Positions 28,940 to 42,801 of a stretch of DNA of 64,000 nucleotides are shown piece by piece. A program made the position numbers and the translations under genes. How positions within the stretch are numbered: the first letter of the stretch is position 1; the number at the start of each line of letters is the position of its first letter. The notes beneath the pieces are model-generated. The model was not told the origin of the DNA and did no database searches. It saw only the letters and a program-made list of their open reading frames with translations. The stretch comes from Octopus sinensis (Eukaryota): contig NC_043011.1 in NCBI RefSeq assembly GCF_006345805.1, positions 51,286,464 to 51,350,463 on the forward strand, written 5' to 3'.

Positions 28940-29635
28940 GTCTCAAATTTTTGCTCAAAGGCAGCAATAATAATAATGATCCTTTTTTACGTCAACTCTG
29001 GGGTTTCATTTGTATTTATTTCATTGACCCAAAAAGGATAAAATGCAAAGTTGACTTTGCAGAATTTGAACTCAGAATTTAAAGATCAATGAAATGGTGC
29101 TACTAAGCATTTTGTCTGCTGTGTGAACGATTCTGTCAAACTCATCACATTTAATAATAATAGTAATAATAATAATAATAATAATAATGATGATAATAAT
29201 AATAATAATAATAAACCTTTGAAATTTTGGGAGAGGGGACTAGTCAAGTATGTTGACCCTAATGTTTCATTGGTGCTTAATTTTATTAACTCCAAAAGGA
29301 TGAAAGGCAAAGCCGACTTAGGCAGAATTTGAACTCAGAATGTAAAGATGGATGAAATGCCACAAAGCATTTTGCTTAGTGTGCTAACAATTTTGCAGCT
29401 CACCACCTTAGTAATAATAATGAAAATATTAATAATAATCCTCTCTATTATAGGTAGAAGGCCTGAAATATGGTGGGGAGGAGGATAGTCAATTACATTG
29501 ACCCTAGTGCTTGACCGTGAAAGGATGAGAGGTGAGTTGACCTTCACGGAACATGAACACAGAATGTAGACAAACCAAATGCTGATAAACAGTTTGTCCA
29601 GTATGCTAATGATTCTGCCAGCTCACCACCTTAAA
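28940..29635 (-). mobile_element. Head-to-tail array of three family-B SINEs (opposite orientation to 27640-28310)
   Basis: Three copies of the family-B blocks in minus orientation with (AAT)n spacers. Confidence 0.8.
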
Positions 29636-30248
29636 AAATAATAGAAATAATAACAACAACAATACATTCGTAAATAAATAAAGATGCAAGGTTGGTAGTG
29701 AGTGCTGAAATCAGTTAATTCTGAAAGATTCAGTCACAAACGTTTATGTGGCATCACTGGAATAGGATATCTCTTCTGAGAGGTAGTCTTCTGGTTATTC
29801 TCCAGTAAATGTTTATTGATCATAACACATACACATAATCAAAAACACACATACACTCACACACACACAGCCATATCTATACACTCATATACATGTGTAT
29901 GTATGTGTAGTCTCTATTTATACATCTTATGTAAGTCTGGGACTTTTTCCGAATGTTTTTCTGTATGCTCATGAGTCGATGTATGCATGTTATGATACAT
30001 ACATGTATACGTACATATGTGTGTGTGTGTGTATGTGTATTCATACACACATAAAGCTCATTTTGTGTATTGGTGTGTACAACACACATAAAGCTCAACT
30101 TCCCATTGCTTCAAATGCAAGTAAAATGAAAACATGATGGTCTGTTATATCTGTGTGTATAAATATACTCACACATGTACACACACATATATAAAATATA
30201 TACATTTATATATATATATATATATAAACATATATACATACATACATG

Positions 30249-30287
<39 letters not shown>

Positions 30288-31375
30288 CACACATGCTTCT
30301 TACATACATACTTAAATATAAATACATACATACATAAATTGATATATACATTTATATTCATACATATACATATATATAAATACACATACTCACACATCTA
30401 TATATATACTTCTTACATACATATATACATAAATATATATATATACATCATCATTTAACAGATGTTAGACAATGATGGTAATATATATATATATATATAT
30501 ATAATATATATATATATATACACATATGTATACACATATCCAAGTTTAAGACAAAATGGAATATTTTACCATTTTACCATTGTCCAGTTTCTTTGTCTGT
30601 CAAATGTTTTCCACAGTTGCTATATAGGCAAAGAAGAATGAAAGGAAAAAAAAAGGAATAAAATGATTTACAATCTAAATGATCCCAATTTTATTAATCA
30701 AATGATGAATATTTTTTTTTCTGTCCATGTATGTATGAGATTGCATTTTATTATTACTATTATTATTGTTGTTGTTGCTGTTATATATTGAAGAAAATAA
30801 TCATCGGTCACGATGATAGTCAAACATTATTATGGCATTTGTTCATGCCATCTTGAAGTTTGAGGTGGAATTCTCCGGAATAACTTCCAGAGCAGCAGTA
30901 TTTATTTATTTTATTTATTTATTTATTTATAAAAGATGAGAGGAATTTGAGAGTCAATGAAATAAATGAGGACAATAAATAAATACATTGAATGAAATTG
31001 CTTTTTCTTTCTTTCTTTCTTTTTTTTTCTTTCAGATGATAATAATGGTAAAACAAAGGAATGAAAAAAAAAAATTAAAATAAAGTAAAATTCTGTTGTT
31101 ATTTCAAGGTGACACAAAAAAAAAAAATTGTGAAGAGCAAAAAAAAAAAAAATGTGATTGAGTAATTAACAAAAAAAAATTATAGGGTAGAGGTATGTTT
31201 GTGTCTTTTTTTTTTCTTTATTTCTTTTATTTGGAATGGAAAGGATGGATGAAAAAAATAATGAGAAATTTGATTTAAAATAAAATTATAAAATATATAT
31301 AAAAGAAAATATGTATTTTTACAGTGAAACAGAGATTGTCCAGACTACCATGACTGTAAATGGTGATGGGAGAAA

Positions 31376-31415
<40 letters not shown>

Positions 31416-31552
31416 TAATATACATATATATATATTTATATAATATACATGCATACATACATATATATATATATATACATACATATACATAGATACATAT
31501 ATATACATATATATATACATACATACATATACATATATACATACATATATGT

Positions 31553-31601
<49 letters not shown>

Positions 31602-31602
31602 T

Positions 31603-31642
<40 letters not shown>

Positions 31643-33005
31643 GATGTCTGATTGAGACATTTTGAAATAAATATTTATATAATAAATAAAGAAGGTAAAA
31701 AATTACAAAATTAAAAAGCATGGGTGGGGGGTGACTTTAAAAATACATTAAACAAAAAAAAAAAATACAAGAAGCATAGAGTGATTCAGTAAAAAGAAAA
31801 ACGAAAATATATATACAATAAACAAAATATGAGACAAGGGAAAATTAATGTATCAAAAATAATATACTTCTAGTGATGAGTGAATTGTTATGAAGAAATT
31901 CTACCAGTTTGGTAGAATTTTTTTCAGGGTAGAAAGCCTGGCTAACAAAATAAATGTATTTGTTTATGTTTGTTTTGTTGTTGTTGATGAAAAAGTGCGA
32001 AAAAAATCTTTATTTTGACTGACTGTTCATCCATATTGTTGTTGTTGTTATTGGTTTAGCTCTGTGAGGTCTGCTCTGTCATTGCTGCCCCTCCCTACTA
32101 AACCTAGGGCACTAATCAAACGAAGCATTTGTTTTATGTTTCTAATGGATGTCCAATTTCTGTTCTTTATTGCAGGACATTAATTTCTGTTCTTACTAAC
32201 AATTAACTCTTTAAAATACAGAATCCCCATCTGCAATTACAAGGCCAACCAACTCTTGAAAACCATTTAGCTGCTTACTGCATAATACTAATACAAAACA
32301 AGACCTCCTAGCAACTGATATAGAATTCCCCTAGTCTCCTTGTGGTCCCTATTTGAAAGATAGTGAAAAAATTCATCAAGGGAATCTCAAATTTTACACT
32401 GAACTTGTCCTAGCAAATTTCAGAAGGGAATAGTTAATTAAACTGATCCCTGGTACATTACTGCTACTTTATTTTATTAATCGTTAGAAAGATCAAAGGA
32501 AAAATTGACCTTGGCAGGATTTCAAATCCGAACAAGAAAAAAGAAGTCACAATTAAATACTAGAGGGTATTTAGTTATCTGCCATTTTAAGGATTCTCCC
32601 AAGCCCTATGTTAAGTGTTTATAGGAAGGAATATTCTCATAGAACACTACCGTGCCCCCATACACTGCTACCATGCCTATCTGTACCATGTATGTAATGG
32701 CTACAGTGGTTATACTGAAAGGGCAGGCTATTAACTTCTGTGGTTTATTTCTAGATCTAGGATATATCGAGTAGCTGAGATATCATGTGCATTGGCTAAG
32801 ATGTTGATGAAACATTTAATGTTGTAGGTAAACAACAAACATCTTTCTCTAAGACTAAAGATATATAGAGTTTGTGTGTGTGTGTGTGTGTGTGTAAGTG
32901 ATAGCTTTTAATTTGAAATATCAAAATTCATATTTGAAGAAATGCAAACAAAATACATATAATTTGAGAACATAGTCATATATTTAAGTTAATGTGTGCA
33001 TGTAT

Positions 33006-33041
<36 letters not shown>

Positions 33042-33359
33042 GATATGTATGTATGTATGTATGTATGTATGCATGTATGTATGCATGTATGTGTGTGTGT
33101 GTATATATGTATGTATATAACACAAATATCAATTATTGATTTCATATAGGTGTCACAAGGCCTCTGAATTATAGAGGGACGGGGTGAAAAAAGATTGCAT
33201 AACATTTAGGTTTTATTTTTTTCAGAAACATTAGCAATCTAAATGAAGTGAAATGGCTACAACCTGGAGTCAAAAAGTGAGTCATAGACTCAACACACTG
33301 AGAGCTCACCTCTACTCTACAATATTCACCACAGATCCACATACAATAATAATAATATA

Positions 33360-33760
33360 GTGAGAGAATTAAGATGTGTCAGATCTATACTAAAAGATGC
33401 CACCACTTTAGAATATAAGACATGTCATATCTATGTTTAAATAGTGCTGTTATTTTAGAATTAAGACATGTCTAATCTATATAGAACAATGTGCTATTGC
33501 AATAGAATTTCTGACATGGCAAATCTATATACAATAGTGCTATCTTGATAAGAGTAAAGAGATATATCTATATACAACAGTGCAATCATTGTAGGATTAA
33601 GATGTGTCAGATCTTTGTACAGTATTGCTTTATGTTTAGAATTAAAAATATCAGATTTAAACACACAGTATTACTACAGTCATACAAGTAAAATATGTCA
33701 TATCTATATACAATATTGCTATCACCACAGAATTAAGATGCGTCAGATCTACATATAAAT
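33360..33760. repeat. Degenerate minisatellite, unit ~46 bp (AGAATTAAGATGTGTCAGATCTATAC...)
   Basis: About nine recurrences of the AGAATTAAGA.GTCA.ATCTAT block at ~45-47 bp spacing. Confidence 0.8.
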
Positions 33761-35123
33761 ATTCCAGCTCTTTTTTTCTTCATAGCTTAAATATGAAATA
33801 ATTTTAAAGGAAGCAGGGCTGGGGGTGTAGGAGAGGAATAAGGGCAGGATGGGTTGGGGGTGGAGTGACTAAAACATTAGTAATAGGTGGGTCAAAACTG
33901 AAAGTATTAATTTTTCTTTAAGTCAATCAGTGGTTTAATTTATCAGTTACACCTTAGTTATTATTATTATTATTATTGTTATTATTATTTAATCAGTAAT
34001 ATCAGTATAAACAGACAAGCACACACATATTTATATTGAACACAGGTATATTGTTACTTGTGACCATCTCATCTCAATTATAGGTATATTTCTTTCTTCA
34101 ATCATATTTACATTTTAAAAAACATATGCACCTTTTCTTTCTTTTAAAAGGTGGTGGAAAGTTTATTGCTAGAGAGAGAGAGCAAGCATGAGAGAGGGGG
34201 AGAGTGTGAGAGAGAGAGGGAGATAGAGAAACTTGGTCACTGTATATCATAAAAAGAACAAGCAAGCAGGTGATGGTCCATCCACACATGTGGGAAAACT
34301 AGTTCAAGATTGCAAACATCTTCACCTGACACAACACTTGCTTCAATAGGACACTTATAGGACTTAATTATCTATTAATGGTTTCAAGTTTTGGTGCAAG
34401 GCCAGTAATTTCAGGGGAGGAGGGTAAGTTGATTAGAGTAGCCCCAGGGCTGTACTAGTAATTATTTTATTGACCCCCCAAAAGGATGAAAGGCAAAGTC
34501 AACCTCGGTAGAATTTGAACTCTGGATATGAAGAACCAGGAGAAATGCCACTAAGCAGTTTACCTGGTGTGCTAATGATTCTGCCAGCTCACTGCCTTAC
34601 CGAATTATCTCATAATACCAGACAAATTTTTGCAATAGCAACCCACTTCTTCAACTCCATCCATATCCAGCCACTCAAAAAAACATTAATAACATATCAG
34701 AATTATATCACTGCTCACTAACCAAAAAAAAACAAAAAATGGTATTTCTTTTTTTTTCAATTCCAGCAGAGGCTGATGAGTACCAAACACAACCTGATAC
34801 TGATACACCATCAATTACTACACCAGGCTCAAAATCTGTGTGGAGTTGCTGCCAACTACTACGAATGAGCTGTAAATTGTTAAAACTGCCACACACTAAT
34901 TGAAGTGTCTAGTTTATTTCGACTTAGTAAGCCACCAGAACGATTGAGAATACAAGACCAGATTGAAGAAAAAGAAATGGTGTAACCTATTTGGGTTATC
35001 ACACAACAATCTACAAAACTATAAACTGCAGTAGGGTCCCATGTCATATCAGTGATAGGTGTTGAAAGAATCAATTCATTAGTTACACCTGGCAAAATAA
35101 TTTTGAGCTGTTCTTAATATACC

Positions 35124-35351
35124 TATTTCTTTATTACCCACAAGGGGCTAAACATAGAGGAGACAAACATGGACAGACATAGGTATTAAGTTGATTATAT
35201 CGACCCCAGTGCTTAACTGGTACTTAATTTATCGACCCCGAAAGGATGAAAGGCAAAGTCGACCTCGGCGGAATTTGAACTCACAACGTAATGGCAGCCG
35301 AAATACCGCTAAGCATTTCGCGTGGCGTGCTAACGTTTCTGCCAGCTCACC
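35124..35351 (-). mobile_element. Young full-length family-B SINE with target-site duplication
   Basis: CpG-rich intact copy flanked by GCTGTTCTTAATATACC at 35107-35123 and 35352-35368; the first 1-2 nt may belong to the SINE head. Confidence 0.9.
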
Positions 35352-36910
35352 GCTGTTCTTAATATACCATTTATTGGTATTGGTCAGTTAAGCACATGTG
35401 TCTGTATATCTAAATATACATTTAAGTAACTATCTATCTATCTAGCTATATATATATATATATAACATCAGAATTGCCAGTTGCTGTGTTTTATCTAATG
35501 AGGGATAGTGGACTGTGACAATATAGTTTGTAACCAAGGGAGATAATTACTTCATAATTTTTCTTTTAAGAAGCGAATTCTTTTTCAATGAAATTATAAG
35601 AAACGAATAATTTCAAAATAAATGATAAATCTAAAATAGATAAATCTTAACCAAAGATTAACTATCCCATTTGAGCTTTTCTTTGCAATGTCAATATTTC
35701 CCTAACAATGATGACTAGAATATACAAATCAGAGAGCTAAATTCAAATTGAAATGAAAAATCAAAATTTTCTGAATTAAAGAGAAATTAGGACAGCCAGT
35801 AATAAATATGCCCAAGATGTGCTGTATGTCTCAACAGTGATCCTACGTTTATCAACAAAGGTTCGAGAACTCCCTTAACTTCTTTCATATTCTAACTATT
35901 CTATTTTCATTTCAACCAGATCCAGTATTGGTTACTAACTGAGCACCCAAAGTAAGGCTATATTACATACATACATACATATATATATACATATATATAT
36001 AATAATATAATATATATATATATATAATATATATATATATACATACATATATATATATATATATATATTACATATATATATATATATATACATATATATA
36101 TAAACATACACATATATATATTATACATACATACATATATACATACACACACACATATATATATATATACATACACACATATATATATATATATACATAC
36201 ACACACACACTAATATATTTATATATACATATACACACACATACATCTATATAAATATATCTATCTATATATATTACTATCATTGTCAGCATCAACATTT
36301 TAACACTAAATTTTCCATGTTGGAATAGACTCAACACATCTGCTGCAGAGAACATCATCAATTTTATGGTCTTTTGTTATCATATAATCTGACCTGAATT
36401 TGTTGTGAGCATGTGACACTTCTACACTCATCACTTATTCACAATATATATATCAATACCTGCACATTTTGGTTGATGCTCTTAATTCCGCAGCAACTAA
36501 TACTTCATTTCTCTACTACACAAACACCCAGTCTCTGGTGTCAGCTAGCATCACATATCAAATATATGACCACCTCAACCATATCTCTCTCCACTCACTG
36601 GAGATGGTCTTCTACATTCAATGACCATATTTTCCTATGATGAGGCAGCACATTTATGTAATGTTTTAAACAGTCTACCTTTTATATGAAGAAAGGCATT
36701 CATTGTTACTGACAAGAGTATAAGAACTCTCTTAACTTCCTCCATACCCTAGCTACTCCATTTTCACTGTGACCACATCCAGAACAAATTAGATTACCAC
36801 AGTAGCATAATATTTCTGATTTTGGTGATCAGTGAATAAACTTCACTGAAAATATATATATATATTTACGAAGTCTAGACAGATATCTTCAGCTAGCAGG
36901 CCTCTGCTAC

Positions 36911-36956
36911 TCTAGACTGATGATGGGCAAGACCCAGAAACATGCATGTCTCTAGA
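36911..36956 (+). ncRNA. Intact type I hammerhead ribozyme motif
   Basis: TCTAGA-CTGATGA-TGGG(CAAGA)CCCA-GAAA-CATGCATG-TC|TCTAGA. 6-bp stem I, full core, 4-bp stem II, palindromic stem III (ACATGCATGT), GUC cleavage after 36950. Confidence 0.8.
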
Positions 36957-37796
36957 TGCGGGCCTAGCTGTTGGGGGTGTTTGTCTCCCCTTCGTGAATA
37001 TATAAGGACACAGGAAATGTGTCAAGGCTGACAGGAAGTGTCGATGCTTCCTAGGGCTAAACAGCAGTGGTGTAATTCCCTTACAGGACTGTCATGTTAA
37101 GTTGACAGTATACAACCACAATATCAACCATATTCTATAGCTAGTCTTATTGCTAAATTTTCATGTGTATTATATGGCATTTAAAGTCCCAGTCCTCTGT
37201 TAGTTTACCAAATACCAGTTGTACTTTGTTTTTGGTGTAATCCTTACTTACACAGAGCACCCAATAACGAGTCCCTTTTCTACTTATTACCCTAGGACTT
37301 TAGACCATATTTCCTGGTTGGGCATACTTTTCATATTATTCTTTTACAGATTCTACAAAGAAAAGCAAGTCCTCATCTTATAAAACTTCCCAAGGACACT
37401 AAGTCTGGAACTCTTCTATTAAAGTCTCAAGGATAGAAATAAATAAAAGAAAGGGGTTAAGGGGAGGGATCAGTACATAGCCTGGATGAACCCCTACTTG
37501 AACAATACATTCCCCACTAAAATTGCTGACAAACCTAAACTTATTAACAATACCCTCTTACACTACTGCTCTTACAATCTACCCATCTTTTATATCTCAG
37601 CTTTCTCTTTTTCCATTCACCAGGCTACAGAGCAAGGTGGTGAACTCAGGGAAACACTAGCTTGTCTCCACATTAACAAATACAAAATAAAATGGATTGT
37701 TCTCTTGCAGGTGTCTCACTAGAGATACATCATATACCCTACACTGAAAATTAGCTTAAACTTTCTTTTTTAGTTACTTCCAAGAAAGAGAGAGAT

Positions 37797-37853
<57 letters not shown>

Positions 37854-38398
37854 TTTGTGTATGTGTCTATGTGTTATGTGGAGGGACGTAAAGATCCATG
37901 AAGACAATGATCAAAGATCTGAGAATCATGCCGCTTTGAAAGCCAATAACATCAGTTGCATAGTAATTACATGACATGAATCTAGAATGCCACAATTAAA
38001 TAACCCACCCTATCTCTCTCTCTGTGTCTCTCTCTCCCTCCCTCCCTCCCTCCCTGACCACTTTAAGCCTAAGTACATAAAAGCATCAACATCAGCATCA
38101 TCGTTATTGTATTCTTCAAGCTCCTAATGTTTATCATCACCACATTTTAATATTCAGTTTTTCACTCTCTATCTAAATATATATGGTTTCAACAGACTCA
38201 TAATGACAGGTGTATCTAATGAGGTACTGTCACCTTTCAGCAGGATTTCCTTGACCTTATCCACATGTTACAAGTACTTTTCCAAATATTCATCCAGCAC
38301 AAATCCTTTCCACCCGGCTATCACTGTATGTGTGTGTGTGTATGTATATATATATGTATATATTATATACATATATATATATATACATATATAATATA

Positions 38399-38436
<38 letters not shown>

Positions 38437-38533
38437 TATACATATACATATATATATACACATTATACATATACAATATACATATATATATATACATATA
38501 CATTATATATACATATATATATACATTTATATA

Positions 38534-38564
<31 letters not shown>

Positions 38565-38635
38565 GTATATAGAGACATATATTATATATATATACATACA
38601 TGTATATGTATGTTGTATATATATGTGTGTGTATG

Positions 38636-38666
<31 letters not shown>

Positions 38667-38920
38667 TGTGTGTGTGTGTGTGTGTTACACCATATTCTAA
38701 CAAGTCCACTCTCAGTATATTCTCTTTCTAATGGTTATTCATGTGAGGAAACTAATACTAGTTTGATTGATTGATTGATTCTAGTTTCAGCTTATGAGCT
38801 GTGGCCATGCTGGGGCACCGCCATTTAGTTGTTGACCCATATCTATAAATACAAAGAGATTCTGGAAAAGAAAGGGTGATTATAAACTTCATAGATTCAC
38901 ATATATATATATATAATATA

Positions 38921-38986
<66 letters not shown>

Positions 38987-39829
38987 ACATTTTCTCATTC
39001 AATACAAAATGACATTTGACTAACTGTACTATTTTGTAAGTGTTTGTGTGTGTTGATGAGTTTATTCATATTTTTACAACAACACGGCCACCATTGTTTC
39101 AGCAAAGCGTATATTCTTCGCTAAGCCTCTTCAGAAAAGTTATGCTAATAACTGCTGACTAACAACATTACCAGATCAGAACCATATATATATATATTTA
39201 TATATATATACATACATACATACATGCATGCATGCGTACATACATATACATACATACATACCCAGTCATATGTATGTATGTATGTACACATATACATATA
39301 TACAATTGTGTATATACATAAGCATTTTTTTTTGTTTTTCATTTTCAATAGTTAACATGGACGGATATATATAACAATTTCTAAGATAACACTTTACTGA
39401 TAGATTCTGAACACAATGGGGTTATTAATATCATTAATATCAAGCAAGGTATGAACACCACATATTCCCATTTCTCCTTCCATTAAAGAACTTGAAGGCC
39501 TCTTGTCTAAAACGGACAACTGAGTAAAGTATGAATGTTGTTTGATCTCATTCTAGTCATCTATCAAATTTATGGCTCTGTCATATAAATTATCTTGTCA
39601 TCATCATCATCATCATCATCATTATCCTTATCATTCTCAACCTCATCATCATCATTAGTGTTATTTTTTGTTGTTGTTGCCTATTTCAGACAAAGCAATA
39701 ATGATGTTATTTCATGGCTAGACATCAACCAAATGTGGCAGGTGAAAAGTTATATACAATATTATATGATACAGGAAACTATCATAGTGACAGCCACTCT
39801 TGAAAACTAGCCAGTCCACTACTCTACAA

Positions 39830-40410
39830 TCATCATCTCCAGTTGCACCACGCCACAATATGCACTAGCTGCACCACTCGACAATATGTAACAATTTCAT
39901 CACTCTACAATATCCACCTTTGTACAACATACCCCAGCTACAAGACTCTACAACACCTGTACCACTTTACAATATACCCACCTGTACCACACTACAACAT
40001 GCCCTAGCTGCACATCCACAACGTGCACCAGCTGCATCACTCTACACAACATCTCAACTACACTTCTCTACTTGACTCTGTAATATCTAAAACTCTGCAA
40101 TGTGCACCACTGCACAATGTCCACCACACTGCAATGTGCACTAACCAAACCATTCTGTGGTGTACTTCAGTTGCATCACTTTACAATGTGCATCAACTTC
40201 AGCAAACCACAAAGTAATGCAGATGCAACAGTTTACAATTTTTTATCAAGTGCATTACTCTGCAAAGTAATTCAGGTGCACCACATTACAATGTGCATTA
40301 AGAGTACCACTCTTCAGTGTATGCCATTTGTGTCACTTTACAACACAGACCAATTGCAACACTCTTCAATGTACAATTGCTGCACCACTCTACAATTTGC
40401 ATCACTTGAC
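39830..40410. repeat. Degenerate minisatellite, unit ~23 bp (GCACCACTCTACAATATGCAC-like)
   Basis: Recurring CACCACT(C/T)TACAAT and TGCATCAC blocks. Confidence 0.75.
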
Positions 40411-42416
40411 TAGGAGGATATGTTTTATCTTATATTTTTACATAGACATAAATCTCCAAACTTACAGGGAAGGTGTTTAATGGGAAGTTGTGATGTTCAT
40501 GGCTATTGTCCTTGTGAAAAATGTATGAAGCTCACAACATCTGACATCTGTGGTTATAAAGAGATGCGGCAGACAAGAACATAAAGTATTCACTTGGCTC
40601 TTGGTCTTTCAGCAAAGTTGTGAATTCATATCACCCTAAAGGCATTGAATTGTATTCTTAGGCAAGAGTTTTCAGTCTGTTTTGCTCTGCAGTGAGGGTC
40701 ATTTGTATATTAAACTACATTCAGTTTCATATATTAACTTTGGTTAATATATCTAATGCAAAGAGCATTAAAAGAATTAACTAGATGTAATTATGCAGTG
40801 AGAGGGGGAAAAAATGAACTTTTAGCCAAAGACAACTCTTGACATGTTTTGGGCTTATTATAACCTCATCAGTGGAACATAATTTTCATCATACTTGCCA
40901 AAGTGATAAAAACAGTCATGTAATAAAGCCTCTGTCACCAATAATGTGTGATGTATTCAATACAAAAGAACTATTTCATGGTGAATATTGTTACAACAAT
41001 GACGGATTTTGGGAATAGTTTGCAAACATTAACTTTTTTTTTCTTTATCACAATAGAGATGGGTCTGATAGGTAGATATGTAGGTTAAGAGACATCAGAG
41101 ACAAGTTGAGCGGGGGGGGGGGTAGTAAATGACAAAATGAAAGATAAACCTGAGGGAGCTTAAGAAAGTGTGTGTGTATGTGTGTTTAAGTATGTGGAGA
41201 TAAAACACACACACACGCATATATATATGTATATATACACACACATATACAGACATGCAAAAATGACAGGAAAAGATGGAAAAATAGTAAATGGGAGAAT
41301 GACTGAAAGGAAGAGACAAAGAGGAAGAGTGAGAGGGAGAGAATGTGCGATAGATGATAGATAGAGATATATATAGAGAGAGTGAGATAGACAGATAGAT
41401 AGAGATAGATAGATAGATAGAGAGAAGAAGAGAGAGAGTGAGAGAGTAAAATGTTCTAAAATATCATCGAATTGTGTTAGCAATTGAATTTCACAAGTAA
41501 GCTGGTGTACCACTTTCTTCCTTTTTTTTTCAGAACCACTTTATCATTATTATTATTATTATTATGATCATCATCATCATTATAATTATTACTGTCATTA
41601 TTTATGAGCAAGAAAAGAGAGGGGAGAACTGAAAACAATGTGCACACATACATATACACTCACCCTTCTCTCATTTTCTCCTTCTCCTGTCTCTTACAAA
41701 CCAAAACATTTTCCAACATTGAGTAGCCACATCACATCTTTATCAAGAATTTAAATAATTAAATAAATAAATTTTTGAAAAAATCTCAAGTTAACTCCTC
41801 CCCTCTGTCACACACAAATAACAGCAACAGTACAAATACAACATCGCACTGCATCATATCTGCTAGATGAATAAAAATTGAGTTGCGATTCTTCCCATAT
41901 TTTAGAATTATGAGCTCCTCTCTCACATTTAGTTCAGTGACTGAAAATATTTAAAAACTATCAAAATCAACCAGCTGGAACCAAAGGAATCAAAATAAAT
42001 CACTGTTTTACACACACATACATACATATCTTCTCATGCACTGACACGCACACAAACACATGTATAGATATATGTAGGATTGCTTTTATTGTTGTTGGGC
42101 ATACTGGAGCACTGCCTTTGGGCATACAGTTGATTACGCAAAAACAACCCAATTCCCACCCCACATTTATTGACCTTGGTAGGATGAAAGGCAAAGCCCT
42201 CTTGGGTAAGATTTGAACTCAGAACAGAAAGACATGTAAGCAGATACCACAAACTATTTTGTCCAATGCTCTCTCTCTCTATCTTTCTCTACACACACAC
42301 ACTCATTAGTAACTACTGTTTCAATGAAATAAATTATTTGTTGCCTTATAAAGTCTGCTACATGCATTGAGTACTTATTAACTTGCAACTATATATATAT
42401 ATATAATATATATATA

Positions 42417-42615
42417 CTTTATTTAAAGCAGTAGAAAATTCAACAAAACCTGTTACTCTAAGTTTCCCGTTGCCGTTCATCGGACAGTTTTTGCAACGGG
42501 AAACTCAGAGTAACAGGTTTTGTTGAATTTTCTGCTGCTTTAAATAAACATATTACTCTACCACTGGTATTTGAGTACTCTTTTTTCCACCTTGTTTCAC
42601 ATTTATGTGTTTACT
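42417..42615. repeat. Foldback element, truncated relative of the 49471 palindrome
   Basis: Left arm 42417-42494 and shortened right arm 42493-42548 are inverted copies; the same unique tail (TACTCTACCACTGGTATTTGAGTAC...) follows. Confidence 0.85.
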
Positions 42616-42763
42616 CTGGTATATATATATATATACTTATACACACACATACACATATATACATACACACACACACACACACATACGTATCAAGTCCTAT
42701 GCACAAGACTCTTGACCTTTGAGTCTCTTTGCAACTTCTGCTGGTTATATACATATATCTTTA

Positions 42764-42801
<38 letters not shown>

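Noticed and set aside
31896-31920. Perfect 11-bp hairpin AAATTCTACCA-GTT-TGGTAGAATTT
   Set aside because: Isolated, AT-rich and too short for a pre-miRNA; no supporting context.
15330-40410. Minisatellites as CRISPR-like arrays
   Set aside because: Units are degenerate with no unique spacers, the DNA is eukaryotic and no cas genes are present.
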